Part shown: positions 1 to 10,264 of the stretch, piece by piece
How positions within the stretch are numbered: position 1 is the first letter of the stretch
How the letters are laid out: each line of letters begins with the position of its first letter
Assembly: GCA_030765585.1 (NCBI GenBank)
Contig: JAVCCJ010000014.1
Span: 1 to 39,698, forward strand
Direction: 5' to 3'
Length of the DNA stretch: 39,698 nucleotides
Source: Candidatus Zapsychrus exili
GTDB taxonomy: Bacteria > Omnitrophota > Gorgyraeia > Zapsychrales > Zapsychraceae
The notes under the pieces: generated by a model
The model's input: only the letters and a program-made list of their open reading frames with translations
Told to the model about the DNA's origin: nothing
Database searches by the model: none
Program-made: the position numbers and the translations under genes

Positions 1-1
1 A

Positions 2-715
2 GTGAAAAAGCTTGATACAAAAAATTGGCTTATTGAAGTAGAATCTTATAAAAAAGAATTTCCTTTAAAATATGATAATTCTAAAGGACTTAATCCTCAG
101 TATTTAATAGATGAAATTTATAAGCAAACAAAGGGTCGCGCAATTGTTTCAACTGACGTTGGTCAACATCAAATGTGGGCAGCGCAATTTTATAAAAGCG
201 ATTATCCTGATAAATGGATTTCTTCAGGTGGTGCAGGAACAATGGGATATGGTTTTCCTGCTGCTATTGGAGCTCAATTTGGAAAACCAAAAGAAACAGT
301 TATTGCTATAGTTGGCGATGGCGGCTTTCAAATGACAATGTGTGAGCTTGCAACTGCAGCAATACATAAACTGCCAGTTAAAATACTTGTAAATGATAAT
401 AAATACCTTGGAATGGTTAGGCAGTGGCAAGAACTGTTTTTTGATAATCGTCAATTAGGAGTTGATTTGGTGGGTAATCCTGATTTTGCAAAATTAGCAG
501 AATCTTTTGGAATAAAAGGAATAACAATAAACAAGACTTCTGAGGTTAAGAAGAAAATAAAAGAAGCATTGGATCATAAGGGTCCTGTGCTGATTCATGC
601 TGAAGTTATAAAAGAAGATAATGTTTTTCCGATGGTTCCAGCTGGAAAATCAGCCCATTATATGTTAACAGAGGCCCCTAAAACTAAATTAGAAAAACCA
701 ACAGGAAGTACATAA
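2..715 (+). CDS. ilvB: Acetolactate synthase large subunit, 3' part (5'-truncated by window edge)
   Basis: [29 protein letters not shown]-binding GDGGFQM...N, LGMVRQWQ; followed by the small subunit gene. Confidence 0.95.
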   Translation: MKKLDTKNWLIEVESYKKEFPLKYDNSKGLNPQYLIDEIYKQTKGRAIVSTDVGQHQMWAAQFYKSDYPDKWISSGGAGTMGYGFPAAIGAQFGKPKETVIAIVGDGGFQMTMCELATAAIHKLPVKILVNDNKYLGMVRQWQELFFDNRQLGVDLVGNPDFAKLAESFGIKGITINKTSEVKKKIKEALDHKGPVLIHAEVIKEDNVFPMVPAGKSAHYMLTEAPKTKLEKPTGST

Positions 716-721
716 TATATT

Positions 722-823
722 AAACCCGAAACCCGAAACCCGAAATAAACATATAAACGTTTTAAAAATTTGAGTTTTATATTTTGAATTTGTTTAAGAT
801 TTCGTATTTAGGATTTAGAGTTT
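722..823. repeat. ORF-less inverted heptamer-array hairpin between ilvB and ilvN
   Basis: Left arm (AAACCCG)x3 + AAATAAAC at 722-750; right arm TTTGAATTTGTTTAAGATTTCGTATTTAGGATTTAGAGTTT at 783-823. Confidence 0.85.
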
Positions 824-840
824 CTAAAAGGTAAACGTTT

Positions 841-1341
841 ATGAATAATAAAAAGAATATACATACTATATCATTGTTAGTTGCAAATAAACCTGGTGTT
901 TTAGTTAGAGTTGCGCTTGTATTTGCTCGTCGTGGATACAATATTGATGCTTTAGTTGTCTCCCCTTCATTTAATCCAAAGTATTCCACTATGACAATTA
1001 CTGCTTCAGGCAAACCAGAAACATTAGAGCAGATAATTAAACAAGCTGGTAAGTTAGTTGATGTTATTCACTCTTGCGAACATACGGGCGTGGAGGCAAT
1101 ACATAGAGAGCTAGCCCTTGTTAAAGTTAAGAATGTGTCTTCTAATAAAGCTATTATTGCAAGATTAGTTAAGAAGTTTAGTGCTAAGATAGTTGAAGAA
1201 GATATCAAGACTATTATCATAGGTCAAGCAGGAACTACAAGCGAACTAGATGAATTTGAAGCTATAATAAAGAAATATGGCGTTATTGAAATGGTTCGCT
1301 CAGGAAAGCTTGTTATGACTAAAGGTAAGCAGGCAACATAG
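841..1341 (+). CDS. ilvN: Acetolactate synthase small (regulatory, ACT) subunit
   Basis: ISLLVANKPGVLVRVALVFARRGYNIDAL ACT motif; RELALVKV; EMVRSG. Confidence 0.93.
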   Translation: MNNKKNIHTISLLVANKPGVLVRVALVFARRGYNIDALVVSPSFNPKYSTMTITASGKPETLEQIIKQAGKLVDVIHSCEHTGVEAIHRELALVKVKNVSSNKAIIARLVKKFSAKIVEEDIKTIIIGQAGTTSELDEFEAIIKKYGVIEMVRSGKLVMTKGKQAT

Positions 1342-1343
1342 AA

Positions 1344-1469
1344 AAGGTGTAAGCTTTAAGTAATGAGGAGTAAAAAGAAATTTAAAAACCCTTAAGATAA
1401 AATATCTTAAGGGTTTTTATTTTGTATAGATTTCTGTACATATAACCTTATACCTTAGAGCTTACTACT
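1344..1469. repeat. AAG-type inverted heptamer arms enclosing the terminator
   Basis: Left AAGGTGT AAGCTTT AAGTAAT GAGGAGT (1344-1371); right TAACCTT ATACCTT AGAGCTT (1443-1463). Confidence 0.55.
1383..1419. terminator. Bidirectional intrinsic terminator between convergent ilvN and menA-like gene
   Basis: TAAAAACCCTTAAGATA-AAA-TATCTTAAGGGTTTTTA perfect stem with A/T tails on both sides. Confidence 0.8.
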
Positions 1470-1470
1470 G

Positions 1471-2079
1471 TTAGTAGATCCATCCTAAAGAAAACAAAAC
1501 AGTATAAACACAAGCTGCTTTTATTGTTATCCTTATCGCTATCCCTCTGCTTTTTCCTGTTAGGATTGTTACAATTGGTCTAATAAAAATAAGAATAGAA
1601 AGTGACGCTAAAAGCGAACATATATGATCTCTAGTTATCGTATATATAAGTATAGGCATAACCAAAGCTATAAATATCGTCGCAAGATATTTATATTTAT
1701 TTGATATTGTTTTATTTGTTTCAGGAATGTTATAAATATTTAAGGCAAATAATCCAAGAGAAAAACCAGATAGCAGTATAGCCAAGTTTATTTCATTTGA
1801 TTGAAAATAATAACTTCCCGATACAGCAGCTGGTCCAAAGATTAAGAATATCAATGTTTCAGTTATCTTTGAAATATTTTTACCATATAGCGTATACGCT
1901 AAAATAGTATGAATAATACATATAACTATTAAGGATATTATTGCTTTAAATATATTTTCTATCCCATCTCCGTATGCAAGAGAGGTCGCCATAAAGATAG
2001 GCATAACTGAAATCCATATTGATGGTAATCTTGATTTTTCTATTTGAGATTTTATTGCATTAATATTCATGCTATTCAC
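1471..2079 (-). CDS. Shortened UbiA/MenA-like prenyltransferase family membrane protein (degenerate)
   Basis: N-terminal SRLPSIWISVMPIFMATSLA and central FLIFGPAAVSGSYYFQ resemble MenA; only 202 aa, with no Asp-rich motifs. Confidence 0.65.
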   Translation of the reverse strand: MNSMNINAIKSQIEKSRLPSIWISVMPIFMATSLAYGDGIENIFKAIISLIVICIIHTILAYTLYGKNISKITETLIFLIFGPAAVSGSYYFQSNEINLAILLSGFSLGLFALNIYNIPETNKTISNKYKYLATIFIALVMPILIYTITRDHICSLLASLSILIFIRPIVTILTGKSRGIAIRITIKAACVYTVLFSLGWIY

Positions 2080-3010
2080 TTTCTGATAAGTATTTCTCTG
2101 TCTCTAATGCGGCCATACATCCAGAGCCTGCTGCTGTGATTGCTTGACGATAAATCTTATCTTGAACATCTCCTGCCGCAAACACGCCCTTAACGCTTGT
2201 TTTCGTTGTTCCAGGTTGCGTTTTAATGTAGCCCGTTTCATCTGTGTCAAGTTGACCGTCAAGAAAAGCTGTGTTTGGCGTATGTCCTACAGCATAAAAC
2301 AGGCCCTTAGCTTTTATTGCTTGTTCTTGATCTGTTTTATTGTTTTTTATCCTTAAGTTTTCTAATTTTTGTTCTCCAATAGCTTCTAGTACATTTGAAT
2401 TCCACATAATTTCTATTTTGTCATTTTTAAGAACTCTTTCTTGCATTGCAACAGACGCTCTTAAAACATCACGGCGAACAACTAAAATAACTTTGCTACC
2501 ATATTTAGCTAAGTGCATAGCCTCTTCTGCTGCAGTATCTCCTCCACCTACAACTACTAAAACTTGATTACGAAATATTGGAAGCGCTCCATCACAAACA
2601 GCGCAAGCTGATATTCCCCTTTGCCAAAGTTTATCTTCTCCGATTACACCCAAACGTTTTGCAGTAGCTCCTGTTGCAATAATTATGGCTTTGGCCGCAG
2701 TCTCTTCTTTGCCTGTAAAAACTTTGAAAGGATTAGACTTTAAATAAATTTTGTCCACTGTTGCAGTTTTTATTCTTGTGCCATATTTATCAGATTGAGC
2801 TCGTATATTTGTCATAAGCTCTGGACCGCTTATTCCCTCAGGAAACCCTGGAAAATTCTCGACCTCAGTTGTTGTTGTAAGTTGTCCTCCTGCTGCAACA
2901 CCACCAGCCATCATTCCTTCAAACATCAAGGGATTTAAATTTGCCCGAGCCGCATATATAGCAGCAGTATGTGCTGCTGGCCCAGAACCAATTATTATAA
3001 TATTTTCCAT
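2072..3010 (-). CDS. trxB: Thioredoxin-disulfide reductase
   Basis: IIIGSGPAA, GGQLTTTTEVENFPGF, CAVCDG redox motif, GGGDTAAEEA, FAAGDVQD. Confidence 0.97.
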   Translation of the reverse strand: MENIIIIGSGPAAHTAAIYAARANLNPLMFEGMMAGGVAAGGQLTTTTEVENFPGFPEGISGPELMTNIRAQSDKYGTRIKTATVDKIYLKSNPFKVFTGKEETAAKAIIIATGATAKRLGVIGEDKLWQRGISACAVCDGALPIFRNQVLVVVGGGDTAAEEAMHLAKYGSKVILVVRRDVLRASVAMQERVLKNDKIEIMWNSNVLEAIGEQKLENLRIKNNKTDQEQAIKAKGLFYAVGHTPNTAFLDGQLDTDETGYIKTQPGTTKTSVKGVFAAGDVQDKIYRQAITAAGSGCMAALETEKYLSESE

Positions 3011-3023
3011 TATTGTCCTCTCG

Positions 3024-4028
3024 TTATTTTAATAATTCTTCTAACGTTTTATCTGATTCTATTTTAAATCCAGCATCTTTTAACATAGTTAATGTCTTTT
3101 TTTGAGTATCTCCGCTAACATTAAGATATCCCTCCATAAAAAGAGAATTGGCGGGATAAAAAGCCAAGTGCTGTTTATCTTTAAGGTACATCTCTCGTCC
3201 AGCAGCAACCCGTATTTCAGCTTTTGGACATAGAAATCTAAACAAACATAATACTCTTAAGCAATATTCAGGAGTTAAGTTTGGTTTCGCATCAAGTGCT
3301 AGACCTTCAATGGGCATAAAAAAATTTACTGGAATTGATTCTATCTTTAAGTCGTTTAAGATAGATGCCATTTCCACTATATCTTCAGAGCTCTCTCCCA
3401 TACCTATTATAACCCCGGAACATATTTGAAGGCCTGTTTTCTTCGCCGCATACAATGTATCTATTCTATCTTGAAATTTATGTGATGTACAAATTTTTGA
3501 ATAATGTTTGCTAGATGTATTAATATTATGGTTTAAACGATTTAAACCAGCAGCTTTTAACATATCTAGCCCTTTTTGATTAACAACCCCGGGAGATACG
3601 CAAACTTCTAAATTATAGAGATTTTTTATTTGTTTTATTATTTTAGTTAGTTTCTCTATTCTTTGTTCAGAAGATCCTTTGCCAGCAAAAACCATGCAAT
3701 ACCTAAAAGCGCCTTTTTCATAGGCTTGCTTTGCTTCAAGTAATATCTGATCATCAGATTTCATAGGATACTCGTTTATAGATGCCTTAGATGTTTTTGA
3801 TTGAGCGCAATAATGACAATCTTCAGAGCAAAGTCCATTTTGTACATTATTTATAATGTGGATTTTTATGGTTTCGCCTATGAAATGTTTACGTACTGTA
3901 AACGCAGCATCAAGTAAGGATTTAATATCTATTAAATCAGACTCTAGAATCTCTTTACAATCTTTATCTGAAACAGATTTCTCCTCTTTACTTTTTTCAA
4001 TTAATTGTGTATAAAAGTTACTCTTCAT
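3024..4028 (-). CDS. bioB: Biotin synthase (radical SAM); likely start ATG 4028 rather than TTG 4067
   Basis: CSEDCHYCAQS, NHNINTS, CSGVIIGMGE, SIPVNF, AAGRE, ANSLF. Confidence 0.92.
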   Translation of the reverse strand: MKSNFYTQLIEKSKEEKSVSDKDCKEILESDLIDIKSLLDAAFTVRKHFIGETIKIHIINNVQNGLCSEDCHYCAQSKTSKASINEYPMKSDDQILLEAKQAYEKGAFRYCMVFAGKGSSEQRIEKLTKIIKQIKNLYNLEVCVSPGVVNQKGLDMLKAAGLNRLNHNINTSSKHYSKICTSHKFQDRIDTLYAAKKTGLQICSGVIIGMGESSEDIVEMASILNDLKIESIPVNFFMPIEGLALDAKPNLTPEYCLRVLCLFRFLCPKAEIRVAAGREMYLKDKQHLAFYPANSLFMEGYLNVSGDTQKKTLTMLKDAGFKIESDKTLEELLK

Positions 4029-4213
4029 AATAAAACGTATTCTAATACAAAACTTACCATATTTCAAACCTATATATTGTTTAATAAATATATTGCAATT
4101 TATTACTAGTAAGCTAGGATATTACTATAAATATTAAATGAAAGCTCAACTACCGCATTTTATTTAGATAGGTTGAGATTCCTTGGAGCGAAGCGACAAG
4201 AAAGGTTTATATC

Positions 4214-6034
4214 TTGAATTCACCACATAATTTTCATATACCAGTAATGGGAACAGGATTTACTATTGATTCGCCAATAAAAGTGGCGAAATATGGCATA
4301 TCTTCTGTCATATCTTTAGTAGATGACACAATGATAGAACAAATGCGCAAACATTATTGTGGCGTTATAGGCAGAGAGTATATTCCTATAACTAAAAATG
4401 ATGAAGACTATCGTGCTGATAGAATCACTGCATATTTAGATCTTGTTGATGATATAGTTAAAATGAAATTTCAAGAAGTTCAAAGTTCTTCTTTTGATAA
4501 TGGAGAAATAAAGAAATATTTCAATCTTTTAAATGAAAATGCTCCTCTTGCGCTTACATATAAAGAAATGATTAAAGAGGCCAATCTTGATAAAAAGAAA
4601 AAATTGCAAGACTATCTTCGTAAATCAATGAAGCCAGGCTCTATTCATGTAAACATAATGACAAAGCTAGACAGAACTAATTATGGAAAAGATAAGCAAG
4701 AGCTTCCAAAGGAATTCTCTGATGCGATGTCGGCTTTAAGAGGTTTTGCTAAAAGTAAGCTAGAGTCTGCAATAGTATTCTCTGCTGGATTTAATAGAAA
4801 GCTTTATAGCTATGCAGAGAAATTCGAAGATTTCTTTGCTAATGCAAAAGGATTTATGAAAAAGAAAATAATAATAAAGGTAAGCGATTACCGTTCCTCT
4901 CTTATTCAAGGTAGATTTCTTGCTAAAAAAGGACTTTGGGTGTCTGAGTATAGGATTGAGTCTGGTTTAAATTGCGGAGGTCATGCATTTGCATCTCAAG
5001 GATTTTTGATGGGTCCTATATTAGAAGAGTTTAGAAAAAAGAAAAACGAGCTTACTGAATGTCTACATAGCATTTATTCAAAAGCTGTTGAGGCAAAAAA
5101 TAAGCTGGTTTTCAATACCCCACACCCTATGCACATTACAGCGCAAGGTGGAATTGGAACTTCTAAAGAACATAATTTTCTTTTCAATAATTATGATATA
5201 GATAGCGCTGGTTGGGGAACTCCCTTCCTTCTTGTTCCTGAAGCTGTAAATGTTGACAAAGAAACCATGGACAAACTTGTTGCGGCTGACGAAGAAGATC
5301 TTTCTTTAAGCGATATTTCTCCTATTGGAGTTGAGTTTAATAATTTAAATAATTCACTAAGTGAAATAAACAAACAAAAGCGTATTGATCAAGGTACACC
5401 TGGCAGTCCTTGTTTTAAAGGACATCTGTCTTTTAATACTGAATTTGGGGATGCTCCTGTTTGTCTTGCTTCAAGAAAGTATCAGCAATCAAAGATAGCT
5501 CAATTAAAAGAAAAAGATGTGGATGAACAAACTTACGCAGAAGAATACAAAAAAATAGTGGAGAAAGCCTGTATATGCCACGAACTAGGGGCCTCTCCTC
5601 TTAAGATAAACAATCTTCTAAAAATCGGTCAGGAAATGCATACTGCAATATGCCCTGGACCTGAGTTAGCATATTTTAATAGAATAGTATCTTTAAAGGA
5701 AATGGTTGATCATATTTATGGAAAACTGGCTCTTATAAGTGATAAGTATAGGCCAAATATGTTTATTAAAGAATTAAAACTTTATATTGAGTATTTGTCT
5801 AAAGAGGTTAAAAAGATAAATATTGCACCAGATAAAAAGCAAATTGAGTATTTTACAGAATTTAAGAATAATTTAATTGAAGGTATTGAATACTACAAAG
5901 AATTGTTTCCGAAAATGATAGACGAATCAGAGAGTTATAGAGGAAAAGCGTTGGGAGAATTAATATTAGCTAAAGAAAGCATAGATAGCTTTATAAAAGA
6001 GAATACTGCATTTTTTACATTAGTTACAGTATAA
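4214..6034 (+). CDS. Large FabK/nitronate-monooxygenase-like FMN TIM-barrel protein, function unknown
   Basis: 606-aa ORF, TTG start; ESGLNCGGH, TAQGGIG and GWGTPFLLVPE match the E-x-x-x-x-(A/C)GGH, AAGGI and GTRF motifs of FabK/NMO; Cys-rich C-terminal part. Confidence 0.6.
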   Translation: MNSPHNFHIPVMGTGFTIDSPIKVAKYGISSVISLVDDTMIEQMRKHYCGVIGREYIPITKNDEDYRADRITAYLDLVDDIVKMKFQEVQSSSFDNGEIKKYFNLLNENAPLALTYKEMIKEANLDKKKKLQDYLRKSMKPGSIHVNIMTKLDRTNYGKDKQELPKEFSDAMSALRGFAKSKLESAIVFSAGFNRKLYSYAEKFEDFFANAKGFMKKKIIIKVSDYRSSLIQGRFLAKKGLWVSEYRIESGLNCGGHAFASQGFLMGPILEEFRKKKNELTECLHSIYSKAVEAKNKLVFNTPHPMHITAQGGIGTSKEHNFLFNNYDIDSAGWGTPFLLVPEAVNVDKETMDKLVAADEEDLSLSDISPIGVEFNNLNNSLSEINKQKRIDQGTPGSPCFKGHLSFNTEFGDAPVCLASRKYQQSKIAQLKEKDVDEQTYAEEYKKIVEKACICHELGASPLKINNLLKIGQEMHTAICPGPELAYFNRIVSLKEMVDHIYGKLALISDKYRPNMFIKELKLYIEYLSKEVKKINIAPDKKQIEYFTEFKNNLIEGIEYYKELFPKMIDESESYRGKALGELILAKESIDSFIKENTAFFTLVTV

Positions 6035-6051
6035 GCTTAATAAAATATTAT

Positions 6052-6091
6052 AAAAAAGCCCTGTCTTATCAAATAAAGACAGGGCTTCTTT
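6052..6091. terminator. Bidirectional intrinsic terminator
   Basis: AAAAAAGCCCTGTCTT-loop-AAGACAGGGCTTCTTT between convergent genes. Confidence 0.8.
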
Positions 6092-6107
6092 ATGTATTAT
6101 TATATAT

Positions 6108-7744
<1,637 letters not shown>

Positions 7745-7859
7745 TCATATAGCAAAAATAAGTCAATTTTCTTCTCTTACATATTTTAATTTTTATGTTA
7801 ATATAATTGTCTTATAGAAGAACGGTGCGCTGTATTTAAATAACAATAAAGGAGACATT

Positions 7860-8498
7860 ATGAATATGCCCGAAAATCTTATATTTAAACAATTAGAAGT
7901 TGGCCCTATGGCTAATTATGTTTATTTTATTGGTGATAAAAAATCTAATGAAATTGGAGTCGTTGATCCAGCATGGGATATAGATCTTATACGCGAAGAA
8001 GCTTCTAAAGACGGGCTTATAATAAAAGCTATACTTTTAACGCATGGACACATGGATCATACAAATGGAGTTGATGAGCTGTCCTCCAAATACGATGTCC
8101 CTATCTATATATCTGGCAAAGAAGGTTTTTATAGCGAAATTAAAAATATTGTGGAAATTAAAGATAAGGAAAACATACGTATAGGAAATATTGATATAGA
8201 GTGTATTCTAACCCCTGGACATACTCCAGGTTCTATTTGTTTTAAATATGAAAATATTTTAATTTCCGGCGATACGCTTTTTATTGATGGTTGCGGAAGA
8301 TGTGATCTTGCAGGTGGGAGTGTTGAGAAAATGTATGATTCGCTTTATAATATAATTTCAAAAATGGACGACGATACTATTATTTTTGCAGGACATTCGT
8401 ATGGCCCAGCTCCTTATGCTACCTTAGCATCTCAAAAACAAACAAATCCATATCTTACGTGCAAGAGCAAGGACGAGTTTATAAATCAAAGAATGTGA
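7860..8498 (+). CDS. MBL-fold metallo-hydrolase (glyoxalase II-like)
   Basis: THGHMDH, TPGHTPGS, SGDTLF, GCGRCD; AAGGAG RBS upstream. Confidence 0.9.
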   Translation: MNMPENLIFKQLEVGPMANYVYFIGDKKSNEIGVVDPAWDIDLIREEASKDGLIIKAILLTHGHMDHTNGVDELSSKYDVPIYISGKEGFYSEIKNIVEIKDKENIRIGNIDIECILTPGHTPGSICFKYENILISGDTLFIDGCGRCDLAGGSVEKMYDSLYNIISKMDDDTIIFAGHSYGPAPYATLASQKQTNPYLTCKSKDEFINQRM

Positions 8499-8536
8499 TT
8501 GCCCTCTTTTGTGGCAGGTATTACAACAAAATTTAT

Positions 8537-10201
8537 TTACTTATGATGTTCTTTTTCCCAGCGAAGCTTTCCGATAACACTTTGCGCTACATTCTTTAGC
8601 CTATCACCAATCTTCTCTAAGTTATCTATCAGATCCACAAAAATAAATCCTGAAGAAATACTACAAGACTTTTCGTTAAGTCTTAATATATGAGCTTCTT
8701 TATATTTATTATGTAAATCATTGATGTGCTGTTCTCTCTTTAACATTTTCTTAGCCATCGCTATGTCATTGTTGCTTAAAGCCTCAGTTGCTTCATCTCC
8801 CATGGCTTGTACTTCTTTCCATAATGTTTTAATTTCTTCAATGGCCTTATCGCTAAAGCTAAGATTTTCATCTATTTTTTTTCTTATACATTCTGCTAGA
8901 TTTTGTGAATGATCTCCGATTCTTTCGATATCATTTACATTATGAATTAAAACAGGCAATTCTTCTGACTCTTCAGGCATAAGTGTTTCCTGAGATAGCT
9001 CAATTAAATATTGCGTAATTTCAGATTGCAGATTATCTGTTACGTCTTCTAGTTCAGAAACTCCATCTATTTCTTTAATATCATTATTTATCAAACTGTT
9101 TAAAGCGCTGTCAGTAGCTTTTTTTGCAATACTTAGCATATATACCGTTTCCTTGTAAACTTGTTCAAGAGCAAGCCCTGGAGTGCTTAGAAGATGTTTC
9201 TCTAGATACTGTGTTCCAAAATCAATAGCATCATCTTTTTTTGGAACAAGCCAAATGCTGGCTCTTTCTAATAAACTTATAAAAGGCATAAATACAACTG
9301 TGTTTAGCACATTGAAAAAACTATGTGCAACAGCTATATAAAACATAATATTTATTGTGGTTATTTCTCCAGGTATTATAAAATTTACAAATTTTCCGAA
9401 GAATCCAAAATAAACTAATGCAAGAGCATAACCTGCACCTATAACATTAAATAAAGTATGCGACATAGCAGCTCTTCTTGCATTAAGATTAGCTCCAACA
9501 GCAGCAAGCTGAGCTGTAATAGTTGTACCAATGTTGCCGCCTATAATAAGTGGTATTGCAGCGTCAAAACCGATGATACCTTTAAAAGCTAACACCTGAA
9601 CTATTGCTATTGTTGCAGATGAGCTTTGTAAAAGAAAAGTAAATATCATTCCAGCTAAACAGCCTAGGAGGGGATTGTTACTGAATTGAACAAATATCTG
9701 ATGGATCATTTCGCTGTCCTTTACAGGACCAAATGCATCTTTCATAAAATGAAGTCCAATAAAAAGAACACCAAAACCTAATATTACTTGTCCCCAAGAT
9801 TTGTTCTTTTTAGTTTTAGCAAGGCTCATAATTGCAAATCCTATACCGACAGCAGGCATAGCATAAGAAGTTATTTTTAATACTGACATCGACGATACTA
9901 GCCATGCAGTGAATGTTGTTCCTATGTTAGCGCCCATAATAACAGCAATAGATTGTTTTAATGTAAGCATGCCAGCATTTACAAAACCTACGACCATGAC
10001 GGTTGTAGCACTGGATGACTGTACAAGACAAGTAACAGAAGCCCCCACTAAAACTCCGATAATTGGAAGTTTTGTGGCATTATGTAAAAATCCTTTTAAT
10101 TTATCTCCTGCTACCTTGTTTAATCCATCTGATAAAGTTTTCATTCCGAAGAAGAAAAATCCAAGACCACCTATTATTAGAAACAACATGCTTTCTTCCA
10201 C
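8537..10201 (-). CDS. Na+/Pi cotransporter family protein with PhoU-like C-terminal domains (copy 2)
   Basis: Two QSSSAT repeats, GANIGTT/GGNIGTT, DIERIGDH, NLEKIGD; GTG start with GGAG RBS. Confidence 0.92.
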   Translation of the reverse strand: MEESMLFLIIGGLGFFFFGMKTLSDGLNKVAGDKLKGFLHNATKLPIIGVLVGASVTCLVQSSSATTVMVVGFVNAGMLTLKQSIAVIMGANIGTTFTAWLVSSMSVLKITSYAMPAVGIGFAIMSLAKTKKNKSWGQVILGFGVLFIGLHFMKDAFGPVKDSEMIHQIFVQFSNNPLLGCLAGMIFTFLLQSSSATIAIVQVLAFKGIIGFDAAIPLIIGGNIGTTITAQLAAVGANLNARRAAMSHTLFNVIGAGYALALVYFGFFGKFVNFIIPGEITTINIMFYIAVAHSFFNVLNTVVFMPFISLLERASIWLVPKKDDAIDFGTQYLEKHLLSTPGLALEQVYKETVYMLSIAKKATDSALNSLINNDIKEIDGVSELEDVTDNLQSEITQYLIELSQETLMPEESEELPVLIHNVNDIERIGDHSQNLAECIRKKIDENLSFSDKAIEEIKTLWKEVQAMGDEATEALSNNDIAMAKKMLKREQHINDLHNKYKEAHILRLNEKSCSISSGFIFVDLIDNLEKIGDRLKNVAQSVIGKLRWEKEHHK

Positions 10202-10264
10202 TCTTTACTCCTTATATAAAATTGAATTTAAATATATAGTTATTGATATTTACAGTCTTAAAAT

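Noticed and set aside
777..1013. Short antisense/overlapping ORFs in the track (777-1013, 9909-10268, 11415-11942, 19815-20261, 37041-37268 and others)
   Set aside because: Shadow frames of confident genes or read-through of repeats; no recognisable motifs
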